From Takakia lepidozioides (taxonomy: Eukaryota; Plantae; Bryophyta): a stretch of DNA of 64,000 nucleotides. The notes under the pieces were generated by a model, which saw only the letters and a list, made by a program, of their open reading frames with translations, was not told the origin of the DNA and searched no databases. The translations under genes were made by a program, and so were the position numbers. Location of the stretch: assembly GCA_030704615.1 (NCBI GenBank), contig CM060733.1, positions 32,550,001 through 32,614,000 of the forward strand, written 5' to 3'. How positions within the stretch are numbered: position 1 is the stretch's first letter; the number at the start of each line of letters is the position of its first letter. Shown here piece after piece: positions 22,385 through 36,039 of the stretch.

Positions 22385-23180
22385 TGGGGCTGTGACGGGC
22401 TGTCTGTGGCTTGGGGTTTTGACGGCTGTGCCGATGGCCTTTTGGTTGTGACGGGCTGTGAGGGGCTGTACAGGCCGTGCCTGAGGCCTTTGGGGCTGTG
22501 AGGGGCTGCGCCGGTGCCTTCAGGGCTGTGACAGGCTGTGCCGGGCTACGGCCGTTGGCCTGGGGCTGTGACGGGCTGTGAGGGCCTGTGAGGGCCTATG
22601 CCGGTGGCCTTCGGGTCGCGACGGGCTGTGAGGGCCTGTGACGGGCTACGCCGGTGGCCTTGGGGGCTGTGATGGGCTGTGGGGCTGTGCCCGTGGCCTT
22701 TTGGGCTGTGATGGGCTTGAGGGGCTGTGACAGGCCGTGCCTGAGGCCCTTTGGGGCTGTGACGGGCTGTGAGGGCTGTGTCAGCCGTGCCTGAGCCTTT
22801 GGGGCTGTGGCAGCTGTGAGGGCTGTGAGGGGCTGTGACCGGCTGTGCCCAGTGGCCTGCGGGGCTGTGACGGGGCTGTGCCCAGTGCCTGTGGGCTGTG
22901 ACGGCTGTGGCTGGGCTGTGACAGGCTGTGCCAGTGGCCTGTGGGGCTGTGATGGGCTGTGACGGCTGTGATAGGCTGTGCCCTGGCCTTTGTGGCTGTG
23001 AGGGGCTGTGAGCTGTCCCAGTGGCCTGTGGGGCTGTGAGGGGCTGTGACAGGCTGTGGCGGCTGTGCCTGTGGCCGTGGGGCGTGATGGCTGTGACAGG
23101 CTGTGAGGGGCTGTGACAGGCTGTGCCTAGTGGGCCTGTGGGACTGTGACGGCTGTGACCAGTGAGCTGTGTGGGCCTGT
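22385..23180 (+). repeat. GGGCTGTGAC-type minisatellite in the leader of copy 2
   Basis: Same motif as 9920-10400 but expanded. Confidence 0.9.
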
Positions 23181-24105
23181 GCTGGTCTGTGGTGGCCCGT
23201 GTTGACCTGTGGACGGCCTGTGCTGACTCGTGGAGGCACTGGTGGACTGCCTAAGGACTGGCATGTGGTCTTGAAGGCCGAATTTTGAAGCTCGTGGAGG
23301 GCGGTTTGAGGAGTATCTTCATGATATTCCCATGGTCATGCAAGTGAGGGAAGAGAGGAGAGGAAGAGTGTTGGGATGAGGGCATGCTGGGGTTAGGCAT
23401 TGCTTTAGCTTCTCTTCCTCGTAGTTTCCACCCTCTCATTAGGCCAAGACCTTTCCGTAGGTGGAGGCAAGAGTCAGTCCGGGTTTGGGCTGGGGTGTCC
23501 TTGCAGGAGCAACACCGTGGAGTTGTTTTTTTGGTGTGGGGGAGTTGTCGTTCTGATTTCTTGTGTTTGGATCCCCTCCATACCTGCATGCTTGACTGTG
23601 CGCCATGCTAGTTTTGTGTGGGCGCTTGTTTTTATAGGTGATTGGTCCGGATTTGATCACCGGCCAGTCCTAGAGCATGCTGTCGATGGTGAGGCTGGGG
23701 TGATGACCAGCCAGACCATCATTGTTTCTCCTGTGGTGAGGTTGGAGGTGATGACCAGCCAACCATAGGAGTGCTTGCGGTGGATGCAGGTACAGGTGTA
23801 GGCTATGTTAGGAACTTAGTATTCCAAACCATAAGCCGCAACAGGTTCTCTACCCGGTTACCTTGTGGAGAGGGGGTTAGGGACATGTTCATGACCGGTT
23901 GAGTGTCAACACGGAGGTGCCACTAGTTGCTGGGGACAGTGCCGGTTCGAGCACTAGCGATACTAGTGGGTACACGAGACGAGGTGTGCGGTTTAGGCCA
24001 CCTTCACCTCCTGTGTCTTCTACGGAAGGTTCTGATTCGGATTGTGAATCAGGAGGACTCATACCGGCGGTGCAAGTTGTTTCTTTGCCATTGTTGTGGG
24101 ACACA

Positions 24106-26800
24106 ATGGAGGAGATGTATGGAGCTACCAAGGGGCCACGAAGGTACTCTGGGGCGGTGGGCACCATCGAGTTGGATGATTTTATCCAAGAGTTTGATAG
24201 TTGGTGTGATTTGCAGCAAATGCGCAATCCACAACTATTTACGCCTTTCATGGCATGGAAGGGGCTGTTTCAGCACCTTGAGGGGCCGCCTATGGATGAT
24301 TACCATGAGTTCAGGCGGGGGCATGAGGTTGAGATCGAGGAGTGGAGGATGTACTGGTCACCCACTATGTCTCCATCACTAGGGGCACTAGAGCACGAGG
24401 GCAGTGGCTACACCTGCCGCTGCACCGGCAGCTTCAGCAAGTAGCAGTGGGACTAGTGGGACTGGTGGTACAGTAGCTACGACGTCCACCCAAGCCACTA
24501 CCGCACCAGCACTAGCAGCCGTGCCTGCCTTCAACCCTGTTGTGGAGTTCTTCGAAGAGTTGAGAGGGAACTACCAAGGGGTGAGGACAGAGAAGTTGCG
24601 GAGCTTGCAAGAGTTCCAACGGAAGCCGACCGAGAGCTTGAGGGAGGCTTTCACTCGCATGAGGCGCTTGATAAATGTAAGCCAAGGGGTTACGGAAGCT
24701 CAGGCAGTCCAATTCTGGTATGGGATATTGGACAAGGAGCTGAGGAGAAGGGTGCGGGATGCAACTCTCCTACAAGCGGCCCAACCCACCTTAGCAAATG
24801 TGTTTTTGCTGGCAGAGCGGATAGAGCTCAACATGGTGGAGGAACGAGTGGTCATGGTGGGATTTGCTAAGGAGACACCACGGGGTAGTGGTGCTCCTAG
24901 CCAACCACTACCTCAACGTGCTCAAGGCAACAAGGGGGCTCAGGTGAAGCTCAGGGAAGGGCAGAGAGGACCTCAGATGCAGGGGTCTCTCCCTTCATTT
25001 GCTGGCCAACAACGGGCGGATGTGGTGTGCTGGACATGTGGAGGACCCCATGTCAAGAAGGATTGCCCAGAGGGAGGCAAAGGGCCGGCACATGCACAGT
25101 TGCAGTGTGGGCATTGTGGCAAGCACGGGCATGGAGAGGCCCAGTGTTATGGTTTGCATCCTGAGTTGCGCCCAGGCCAGTTCCAAGGGAACAATGGTGG
25201 CCGGGGCGAGGTGGAGCAGCCCAGAGAGGACGAGGTGGCCAGCCACGAGGTGCAGGCAAGGGCAAGCTCAACATGGCCAAGGACGCGGAGGTCAGGGGTT
25301 GACCAAGGCATGGCCAACCGGCTTCAGCAGCTAGAGCAGAGGCTCGCTGCCATGGCTACAGCTCAGGTGGTACCGGCTCTAAGGCCGGATGGTCCACCTC
25401 CTGCTCCTGAGGGAGGAGATATGGGAGGCATGGGATTCATGTGTGGAGCAGCACTACCACTAGTGCAGGTGGAGTCTGCTGCAGCCGTGACTCGAGGAGC
25501 AGCACGAGTTCCTGAGCCACGAGGTGCAGAGGTGGAGTTGGATCCACAGCGTGGGGAGGCAAGCCGTCAGGCTAGGCTTCCTCAGTCATTCACATTGGCG
25601 GAGACAGTGTCGACGCCATCCATGGCACCTAGTTCTCGCCCGACTGTTACCGAGGCGGAGGTTACTATGCCATTGGGGAGAGCTACACGGGTAGCACCAC
25701 TACCTAGTGTTGCCAAGGCTACGGCAGCTAGTGTGCTGCTAGGAGCGGCCACATCTGTGTGCCAGGCTCCATTGTTCTCGGCTACCATGATTGCGACGCC
25801 GGGGGTAAGACCAGCTGAGGTGTTCAGGCTGGCAGCTACACTCTGTGAGAGTGGAGGTTACTTCATCTTCTGCGGAGATAGTGGGAGGTGTAGTGCCGGA
25901 GGGATCCTCGGATTTGAGGGTCAAGACTGCCACGGCGGCGCCATGGCAAGCTGCAGCTGCCAGGTTGATGGAGCTGCAGCTAGGCCAGCCATTGAGCGCG
26001 CCATGGTGACACCTGGAGTTGTCATGTTAGACAACCAGGATGGCATTTTCTGTTTGAGTGGACCGGCAGGCAAGAGGTACCGGCCACTGCGGGTCTTGTT
26101 GGACTCGGGAGCTCAGCCATTGATGCTGGGCAGAGCTGCTATTGCAGGCTTAGGCCTCACGGAGGCGGATATGGAGCCTTGTCCTTTCCAGATACAGACG
26201 TCTCTGGGAGGATCGGAGCAGGCTCGGGGCATGACACGGCGTGAGTTGGCTATCAGACTACGGCCGGATCACCCTACAGATGGCTCAGTGATGCGAGCCA
26301 AGGCCATTGTGACAGACGCGGTCTCATACGATGTCCTGGTTGGTGGGGCAGTGTTGTACCCCATGGGCTTCACCCTGGATTTTTGGGAGGAGTCAGCTTC
26401 CTATAGGCCTGCATGGCAGTCAGGGGAGGGCCGGCGTGTGCAGCTCCCTGTGACGTTCATAGGAGGAGTTGCGGTTGCCCAGCGAGGCAAGATGCCAACA
26501 CTAGCAGCATTCATATCGGCAGTGAGTTGGCCTAAAGAGTTGCTTGAGGGCAACACTCATTCAGAGGATGTGCCACCTCCGGGAGAGCAAGATGATATGT
26601 ATGGTATGGCGGAGTTGCCTACCATGGTTGCTCAAACTCCATTGTGGGGCACGAGCAAGGATTTGCAGCGGGATGCTGATCAACGGGTGCAACAAGCCTG
26701 GGTGGAGGCTTTTGTACCGTCAGGAGAGGAGGAGAGTGCGGGGATTGCACCAGGACCACCTGAGTTGTCTTCATTGGACACCACACCTATTGTGTGGTAG
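24106..26800 (+). pseudogene. gag: gag-protease of copy 2
   Basis: Two CCHC knuckles (CWTCGGPHVKKDC, CGHCGKHGHGEAQC). Protease motifs VLLDSGAQ and YDVLVGGAVL. Local frameshifts; TAG at 26798 corresponds to CAG in copy 1. Confidence 0.88.
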
Positions 26801-27728
26801 TATCCGGATGAAGGCATTTGTCTTCTGGACTTGTCTGGCAGCACCGGATTGGCTGCTGTGTTACAGGCAGGTGTATGAGTTCGGCGTTACCTGTATGTGG
26901 AGAGGGATGAGACTGCACGACGTGTTTCACTTCGCCATGTTGCTCAGTTGGTGCAGCGGTACCCTGAGTTGTTGTCGGTGTCTGCAATTCGTGGATATCA
27001 GCAGGCTTTGCCAACAGACATTTCGTTGCTGGGGGCGCAGGATTTGGAGCGGGTTGGCTCCATTGATCTGGTAGTGGCAGGTTGGCCCTGCCAAGGGCAT
27101 TCATCAGCCGGGCATGGCAATGGATTGCGAGACTCGAGGTCGGGTCTGTTTTGGGAGATGGTGCGGGTTTTGCGCCACTTGCAGCTTCATCAAGCTGTAT
27201 CTCCAGCATACACTGATGGGCGATTCTCGGGCCAGGGTGATGGCCAGTGTGCATCAAGTCCGGTCCTGGCTTGGGTCAGCAGTGTTGCTAGATGCAGCTA
27301 CAGTGGGGTCACGGGCTCATCGTCCACGGCTATGGTGGACTAACTTGATGCCACCCGCACTGCTCAAGCGTGCATTTGATGGGGTGCAGCGGCCAGCACA
27401 TCTCACAGTGGATAACATTCTGGACACAGGGAGGCAGTCTCAGCATGTGAGACACGACGACCGTTCGCCTTTGGCAGTGGTCAACAAGGTGGGTCAACCA
27501 CGAGCAGCATTACCTACACTGCTCAGCTTCCCAGGATCGCATGCTTTCCGGGATAGTGGACCTGGCCTCCTGTGGGATGCTCAGTTGCAGCAGTTAGTGG
27601 AGCCTAATGCTGACGAGCGTGAGCGGGCAATGGGTTTTACCACTGGTACCACGGCGGTGTCATCTCTTTCTGAGGCATCACGTCGTCAAGTGTTGGGGCA
27701 AGCAATGGATCTCAATTGCTTGACCTAG
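26801..27728 (+). pseudogene. C5-cytosine methyltransferase domain of copy 2 (small deletions in motifs I and VI)
   Basis: AGWPCQGHS, RAHRPRLWWTN, ERERAMGF, VLGQAMD. Confidence 0.9.
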
Positions 27729-28890
27729 ATTATCAGCTTCGCTCTGGCTGAGCAACGCAGAGTGTGGAGTACACTTCTCTCAATGGTCTCTCTACCTACC
27801 AAGACGGTACAGGCAGTGAGTGGGAGCGAGCATGTGAGGACCACGGGGTGCATGCATCCATGGCACACGTGGGAGGTGCTCGAGGTTCAGAGGGAGTTGG
27901 CAGCCAAGGCGGCTGTGATGGATGAGGTTGGGGATTCTTCTCGGGTTGAGGAGGTCCTCAAGGATGAGATGATGGGGCAGGATGAGGCCTTGTCATTGAC
28001 TGAGCAGGCAGGGAGTACTGCTCAAGAGGTTGCAACATAGCAACCACTGGACACGTCCTCTACCTCTAAGCCCACTGGACTTAAGGTTGCAGTTACGGAG
28101 GACAATTGGGAGCCTGACATTGGACCCATTGTCACCAGAGGAGAGAGACGACGTATACGGCGGTTCCTGAGGGCTTACAGGAATTGCTTTGCCTTCAGTT
28201 TGAAGGACTTGGGAGCACTGAAGGGTCAAGAGATCCATATTGAGTTGGCCATTGACACGCCAATCTTTCAGAGACCCTATAGATACAGTGACATGGAGAG
28301 GTCTTTGATTCAGATGAGGACTCAAGATCTCTGGGAGGCAGGTTTGGTGGAGCTCTCGGGTGGAGAGTATGCTTCAGCCACAGTGATGCCAACCAAGAGG
28401 ATGTCTATGGCAATTGGACGGAGAGACGTATGTGCGGTGATTACCGGCCTGTAAATCCTCAGACTATGCCATGCCAACACCAGAGGAGATCTTTGATGCC
28501 ATCGGGCATGCTAAGGTCTTTAGCACTTTGGATTTACGATTCGGATATCACCAGTTGCCAATCAAGGAGGCGGACAAGCTGAAGACGACATTCTGGGGGA
28601 TCAATGAGTACGGCAAGGATTGCCTATATCAGTGGCGGTTCTTACCATTTGGGCTTACGAATGCTCCTGCAGAGTTTCAGAGAGTCATGGATAGGATTCT
28701 AGCAGGGGTGGACCTTGTTCGGTGCTACATAGATGACATCATCATCTTTAGTGTTACGATGGAGGAGCATGAGAGACACCTTCAGGTGGTATTGGAGCGC
28801 TTGAGAGCGCACGGATTGAAGTTGCATCCGGGGAAGTGCAAGTTTTTCCACAACCAAATTGAGTATCTGGGTCACATGATATATCCTGGA

Positions 28891-29181
28891 ACCATGACAG
28901 AAAAGAACACTTGGGATGCCTTGTGCTTGTTAGTGGGGCTGCTCGACGCTTCGTCTCCAAGCCAGGGAGAATTGAAATTCACATGGTCGAACAACAGGGA
29001 CCCCCCTCACTTGTGCCAGGCTCGGCTGGACAGATTTTATTGCTCCTACACTCTGAAGTCTTGGTCAACCAGCGTCCCGCTGCAACCTATCCTCCCGGAG
29101 TTTGACCATGCCATGGTGCAATTGATGCTCAACACCATTAGGAAGGAGCAAACTGGCTTTCTCAAAGATCGCATGATCTTA
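28891..29181 (+). mobile_element. L1-type LINE APE endonuclease fragment
   Basis: KFTWSNNR..QARLDRFYCS..FDHAMV matches the APE motifs FTW, RLDRF and SDH. Confidence 0.8.
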
Positions 29182-30057
29182 CACTACTACATTTGGGGGG
29201 GGGTAGCGACGCCTCAGCGACCTCCAAACGCCGCGCCTAGCGACGGAAATACACTACAGCACCCGGGGCGCGCCGGGGACAAATTGCGACGTCGGGAAGT
29301 CGCCGCCACGTCGGTCCCACGTTGCTCCCGGAACGTCACAGATTAGCGACCTAAGGGAATCGCTAATCCCCCAGGTCCACCTAGCCATGACCAGCGACGG
29401 CGGAAAGACGCCGCAATATGGCGACTCCTAGGAGTCGCAACAAAGGGCAGGGAGGGGGGTCCATCCCTTCCCCTGCGTCATGGGGCAGTCGCAAGGACGT
29501 CGCCCATTCCCAGAAATAGCCACGCGCTGGCGTCGCCGGCACGTTGCAGCCTGGCGACGCCCGGGAATCGCCATGACGTCGCCGCCATTTGGGGGCGTCG
29601 CTAGACCCCCATGGGTAGGGAGGTTCTATAGCGACGCCCGGGAATCGCACGGACATCGCAGCCCCCGGGGGCCGTCGCTAGCTCCATGGGAGGGCACGTT
29701 CGTGTGCGACTCCCTAGAGTCGCAACAACGTCGCAGCCCTGCGTGGCGTCGCTAGCTCCACGTTGGCGTGGTTCTGTTGCGACGGCTGGGAATCGCAATA
29801 GCGTTGCTGGTCGCACCCGGCCGTCGCGCCGGCGTCGCTGGGTGGGAGGGTAGCCAGCTGGTATTTGGGGTGGGGTTTGGGGTTTTTTTTTCGTTTGGGG
29901 GGGGGGGGGGTTCTTGGGGTTGGGGTGTGCCTCGTGCTTGCATGAAATGCATGCATTCTAATCTATAGGTTAGATTAGAATCCACATGTCCATTAAGGTT
30001 AGAATGAGGATCGAAATGGCAACTGAAGAAATATATACATAAAGCGAGTACTACCTT

Positions 30058-32279
30058 TACATGTCTCTAATTGGGAACCATCCCTCACTCCTCATCACCT
30101 GAGTCATAGGTGTACTCGTCCGAGGAATGCAAGCTACACTGGGCCTCCAATTTGGAGGATGATGAGGCCGAGTCCGAGATTACATCATCCTTCGAACCAC
30201 CCCCTACTACTGGCTCTCCCCCATCCGGCCGACCACTGAACTACCCATCCCCACCCCTACAGATGCACTATCCTCCGTCAATTGTGGCGTCTTGGCCATT
30301 GAGGCCACAAAGGCCTTCCAACCCTGAGTCTTGCAAAAGTTGTGCTCGATGGCGGAGGGAGGCCTCTCAAACTTCTTTTTCTGCACATGACATACAAATG
30401 CAATGACAGGTCATAATTTATAATGGAAGGGAGAAGCTAAAAAGAAGAATGGGTATGACAAGAGAAAGAACACTTACGAATCGGGTGACAAAACTCTTGC
30501 TTCCGCCGGGGCCCCACTTGTGTGTTGATTCCGCACACTTCTCGAGGCGGGCTGCAGTTGCCGCACGTCCCCTTGCGAAGATCTCCGCCTTCAGCTCTTC
30601 CCTCTCCCCTGCGATGAGAGCCTCCCAAGATTCCTGTCCAGCCCCAACAAAGACACTATAAATGTTAATGAACTCCATACCGCAATGAACATGCATTCAA
30701 AGACACCAATGACAAGTGAAGTGCGTCTTACCTTGGTTATTCCATGTGGCATGGTCGTTGGTTCGACCCCTGCCTTGAGTGCCTTGCGAATGGTTTATCG
30801 CGCACGGTACCTCTTGTTCTTGAGGTTCTTTCCCACCAGCTCCAAGAGCTTCCCCTCATTCCACTCACCCGGAAATGTGCCCTCAAGTGCTTGCACAAAT
30901 GCTCGCCTATGGCAATGTGATTGGCGTGGCCAATCAATATGCCAAGGGAACCACCTCGCCGCCAAGTCGAAGGCTACTTTTTTCATGGCCTCCCAATACT
31001 CACCAATGGGGTCACCGACCTTATTGGTCTCTAAGGGGGACACCTTCATCTTTAGCAAATCAAGGTTGCGGGGACCCGAGGTCTTTACCTCGTCCACGCT
31101 CTTCTGAACTACCTCTCCCTTGTCTTTTGTTGCCCCGCTAATGCCCTCCACCGGCTGCACACTCATATGAACTAGCTCCCCCTTGTCTTTTGTTCCCCCA
31201 CTAGTGCCCTCCCCCGGCTGCACCTCTCTCCTTCTACGCCTCTTTCTCTTACGCTCCCTCTCCTGGGCCTGTCCTTTCCCCTTCCCCTCCACTACTTCCC
31301 TACCCTCCTTGATGATTAGGGGAACCTCGAGGACACGACGTCTTTTCCTCTTCCTCTTATTGTCCCTACGGGTAGGCACCACCACTGTCCCTGCTTTGTC
31401 GGTGGCAATCCCACTGCTTGCCACAAGCTTAGCCACGAATGCGCCAAGCTCCTGAACACAAAACCCACAAAAGTAGAAACAAACCAGAAACAAAATGAAA
31501 GGCAAAGGAAAGAAAAAAAGGTGAAGGAAAGAGGCTCACCTTTGCGTCCATGACCTCAATGTTGCCCTCGGTCCCCGCTTGTGCCTCCATAACGCCCTCT
31601 CGGAATAAGGGTGGAAGCCTATCCCATGCACCCAATAGGCTCGCAGGCGGCGCCCCAAAGTCCAGGGTCTTCTTCATTGACCGTTCAGGCGACGGACTTT
31701 GCAAGGGGCCCTCCGTAGCCAGTGTCACCCTCTCCTCTTCCCCCTCCCTTTCCCGTGCCCCCTTATTTCCCTCTTCCCTCTTCTTGTCTTCCTCCCTCTT
31801 CCTTTCCTCCTTCCTCCTCCTTCCTCCTTTGAAGCCTCCCTCTTCTCCCAAGGTGAGGAGGAACCCACCCCCTTCTGAGCCCCCCCCTTATGAGCCCTCT
31901 TGGCTGCAGAAGAAGGGGAAAAAGCATTGGCGGTGGGGCTAAGATCAAGTTGCCCATACCTGGCGGCAGATCTGAGAATGCTCTTCCCCATGTAAAAGTC
32001 AGGGCCCTCCATCAGCCCGTGGGGTGGCATCCCAGCCTGAACATTAGGTGCACCACCCTCAAGTGGAGGCTCATCCCCAGCTTCAACCTTCGAGGGCGTG
32101 GAGGCCTCAACGGCCTTATGGCTTGGTCCTCTCACATAGCCGCCTATAGGGCTGGTGAGTTTGGACCAAGTGGACCGTGTGACACGGCCGTCAATGACGG
32201 GAGCGTTGTCAGGCTTCCCTACCTTAGCGGCAGGCGATTTTTGCTCCTTCGGCGGCCCCTTCTCCTTGTCCTTCGCCAT
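30058..32279 (-). pseudogene. CACTA TnpA-like (Transposase_24-type) multi-exon gene, disrupted
   Basis: Exons approximately 32279-31540, 31452-30731, 30634-30475 and 30382-30058 with GT-AG borders. Sequence NLKNKRYRAR*..MPHGITK|ESWEALI..ARL..STHKWGPGG resembles Transposase_24. Basic/acidic low-complexity N-terminus. Confidence 0.6.
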
Positions 32280-34563
32280 ACTACCAGCTTATCCCTGCAC
32301 CCACAACACTACTACCGTGTGATTTCACATGCCAAAAACCAACAAGGCCTGACCCTCCCCCTTCCCCTCTCTTCCTCTCCCTCTATCTTTATGTCTCTAT
32401 ATCTTTGTCTCCCCCTTTCTCTCTCTACTGATAAGCAAAAAATGAAAAGAGGGGTGGGGGGGGGGGGGGGGGTGGGTGCTGAGAGCACCAGCACTTGCTG
32501 CTGGTGTCAGCCCCCCACCATTCCTCAAAAAAAAAAAAAAATGTGGGGGGGACTGAGAGCAGTAACAACAAGTACTTGCTGCTGCAGCTCTCAGCACCCC
32601 CACCATTGCCAAAACCAAAAAATGAAAGGTTGGGGGGGGCTAAGACCAGCAACAGCAAGCTGCTTTCAGCACCCCCCACCATTCCACAAACAAAAAACAA
32701 AAAGATGGGGGGGGGAAGTGACTCAGCAGCAGCAGCTGCTGAGTCACTTCCCCCCCCCCCAACCTTCTTTTTTATTTTTCTTCCCTCTCTCTCCCTCTCT
32801 CTCCCTCCCTCCATGGATTTGGCTGGTTCTTTTAAACCCGATGGTTTAAACCCAGCGATATGTTAATTAATCCCTAATTAACTTCCTTGATATTTCATCC
32901 ATACCGGATGATTTGTTGATGATGAAGTCATCTGATGGTGGATTTACCTTTAACAGAATTCAGCCATACCGGCTGATTTTTTACTTTACGGATGAAGTCC
33001 GAATCTGGTTAATTTCGGTTAACTACCCTACTTGGATTTTTGGTTTATAAGGTCATGAGGTTTCTATCCTAATGAATGCCAAATGATTTTCATCCCTATC
33101 TAGATGTCATCCCTGGCGGATCACATAGGGATGGAAAATCGGGATTTTTTCAACCGTTTGTTGGTGGATTTCATCCCGTGCGGATGAAATCGCAGGGAAA
33201 TAGCTTCATCTCCTCCCTGCCCTAATTTTCTGCACGACAATCGTGCTTAAGGTTTGTTGGAACTGAGGGATGGTGGCGGAGTGCGCATTGAGCCCGATTC
33301 AAGGCCTTTGATTACTATGGTGCTGCGTAATTAAGGTCTGCAGGGTTTTTGGCAAGATTCCAGTACTTTCTTCCTCTCTTGGGGTACACAATGGCGGCAG
33401 TGCCTTCAATTTCCCTATGGCGGTTGTCTCTCATGTTGGCGGGCGATCTACCCAGGTTGCGATCGTTCTTTGTGCCCTTCATTGATCATTAAGATACAGC
33501 GACGCATCTTAAGACCTCAGGGAAGTGAATGAACGTGTTAAAATGCTTGGGCAATCCACTCTTTTTGTGATTTGTTGTTTGTTGGTCTTGGGAGCCATTT
33601 CGCAGGCTTCTCTTCAGCAAACCATCAAGGTGATGGCTTGTTTATGCTCTGATTTCTTTCTGCCCCTGCTTTGGAATGCATGTTGTACAGCGATAACAAG
33701 CGTGAGACCTGTGATTCACCTGGGGTTCCACAATCCTTACTAACCTGTTGGTTTTTGTGGGGGCTTGTGATGGGACCAGGTGAGGGTCCTCACTCAATAT
33801 GAATTTCAAAGCTTGAAGGTGATTGGAATCGAGTTGAAGAAGCGACGCCATGACATCTGTATCTTTGGGGGAGAATAAACCTTCCTTCCTCTTTCCCTTG
33901 ATCTTGATGGCTCTTGTTCTTAACCTGGTATGGTGGACACTCAGTCATTTGGGTGCTTCTCTCTTGTTCCCTGTGGCATCTTGTTGTGACGGTGGAGCAT
34001 TTGTGTGACAAGCTGGTGGCTTTAAGATATCTGGTGCCAAATAGCAAAGTGGGGCAGATCTATTTTTTTTTTACCAGACAGTGTCCTTTATTGTAAACAC
34101 TGGTAAGCCTGGTCTCTTTTTACGAGCAGGCTGGTTTAGGATATCTGGTGCCATGTAATCTTGTAGGATGGCTCTTCTTTGGCCAGATAATATCCTTGGT
34201 TACAAGCCCTTGGTTACTCGGCTTTTGTAATGGACAATGTCCATGATGGTAAGCCTTTGTTGTTTGTTAAGAAGCTGATTCAGACCCGGATGTTCAGGTT
34301 GCCTTAGGATAAATGATACCATGGCGACTTATGGACCTGTTGGAATGAACAATTCAGACCCTGTGTGTTTTCTATGAATGGGTTGATGGCCTATAAATTT
34401 GATCACAACCTATTATGGTAATGATATCATTGCCCCAGACCTTGAACCTGGTCTTGGGGCTGATAGCATGATGTGGGAGCACCACCAATGCACTTACACA
34501 CCCGCCCCAGATCTGAACCAGATCATAGGGCAAAAAGCATGGTGTCAAGAACTGACTTGATGT

Positions 34564-35069
34564 TTATTTTAGGGCAGACTGGTTATACTCTGATCGATCT
34601 TCAATGGCTGTGGCCGCCCATAGTAGTTTGTAAAGTACTGCCCCTACTCTCATAGGTACAGATAAGCTCTTTCGATACTTGGTATCCTGCATCTTTATAA
34701 CTAGTGCAAGAGTATTGCACAACCACTCAAACGTGCCTGAGCTCATCTTCATGATATCTAGCCATCTTTCATTGTCATACTGTAGTCCTCAAACCACGTT
34801 CTCGACCTATGCTTGACCCACATCCCTGAAGATGGACGAGCTCTTGGCTTGAATTTCATAATTGTGAGAAGCCGCTGCAAAGAGCTCCTACATGCAATGA
34901 GGTTGATATTTGGATCCTCCTCCTCGAATAGGCCAACATCATGCAAGAATGATGGTAAAGCCTCTTGTGAGTATGTCTTGATCCCAAACAGCTCTGGAGC
35001 CTCCATAAGCATGAATTGCAAAAATAGCATGATCTCTCCCATGGCGGACAACATTTTGTCACTTGTCAT
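34564..35069 (-). mobile_element. PIF/Harbinger transposase (DDE_Tnp_4) N-terminal remnant
   Basis: MWVKHRSRTWFE..KMSSGTFEWLCNTLALVIKMQDTKYRKSLSVPMRVGAVLYKL matches FRMSxxTFxxLC..DTxxRxAIxVxxRVAxxLxxL. Further degraded similarity at ~33550-33800. Confidence 0.8.
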
Positions 35070-36039
35070 CGTTCAAATCACCCCCTTGATTGGGCAAAAA
35101 GGAATAGTAAGACAGCCCAAAAAACACTGCCACTATAAAACCTGTAATAGGCCTTTTTCAGATTGATTCCTCACAAAACTAAAAGGCAGGCATGACTTGG
35201 CTAAAGGGATCAGATATTGCCTAAGTGGCAGCTCACTCCAAGACTGGAACATCTAAACTGTGAGGTCAACCTTTCCTTGTTGACAGCAAAAACAAACCTC
35301 CCCCAGGTAAAATGCTTTGTACTGGCGTATAGCGAACCTGTAGTGAACCCCTACATTAGCAATCAGAGACACTCATGGAGTCTAGGGGAAAAACCCCATT
35401 ATCAACCAAAAAAGAGAACTCTCTCTCCCTCCCTCCTTTATGATAAAATGTTGATGCCAGCCACGGACAACACTGAATCAATATCACATCTACAAGAAGA
35501 AATTAGAGTTGGGAGTTACCTTGCGGCGCAGACCAGCCAAGCTGAACAAATATTTCTTGCTATGAAAAGTGGTCAATGGTTCCTTATTTGGACATGGACA
35601 CTTGCTGATCAATCACCCTGATATGGCATTATACAAAGAACCCAAAGCCGAACTAGGTTATGGGCCAAAAAAGTATGGTGGATCTGGTTAAGACACGGTG
35701 TGTAAGATGCCAATATAAACAGGTTGTAGCATTGAAGTGGTGATGATGATAAACAAAGGAAAATTGGAATCTGGCTTCCAGACCCTCTTTTTAATCATAT
35801 GTGGCACATTTTAGCAACTTGAAACAAAATTTTCTTGCTATGTGCAGTGGTAAATGGATATCTATATGTTCCCACCCCCCACCCTGAGATTTCATTGACT
35901 TTGAAGTCTGGGATTTGTCATAAAGCTGACTTGTGAATGAAGAATGGTTGATAATGCCTTGTTATGAGGCTGATTTGTCGTTAATTTTACAATGACCTTG
36001 TCAGGTCTTTGTCCATGTCTCAACAAGACATAAGTATCT

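Larger units (their letters stand above)
20525..28890 (+). mobile_element. Second copy of the DNMT-carrying Gypsy element, truncated inside RT
   Basis: Starts at the same TGTCAAG terminus with a different flank. Colinear with copy 1 except for copy 1's inversion: A (20525-20850), leader, gag/PR (ORF 24404-26800), DNMT, RT up to HMIYPG. Confidence 0.93.

Noticed and set aside
22385-23180. CRISPR-like array
   Set aside because: There are no unique spacers of constant length; it is a eukaryotic minisatellite.
28471-29346. 291-aa ORF appearing to fuse Gypsy RT with an APE endonuclease
   Set aside because: It is a chance in-frame join of truncated Gypsy, LINE and CACTA pieces; copy 1 shows the normal RT continuation.
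31890-32849. 319-aa plus-strand ORF and the ORFs at 36009-37683
   Set aside because: They are antisense to the TnpA-like gene or translations of low-complexity repeats.
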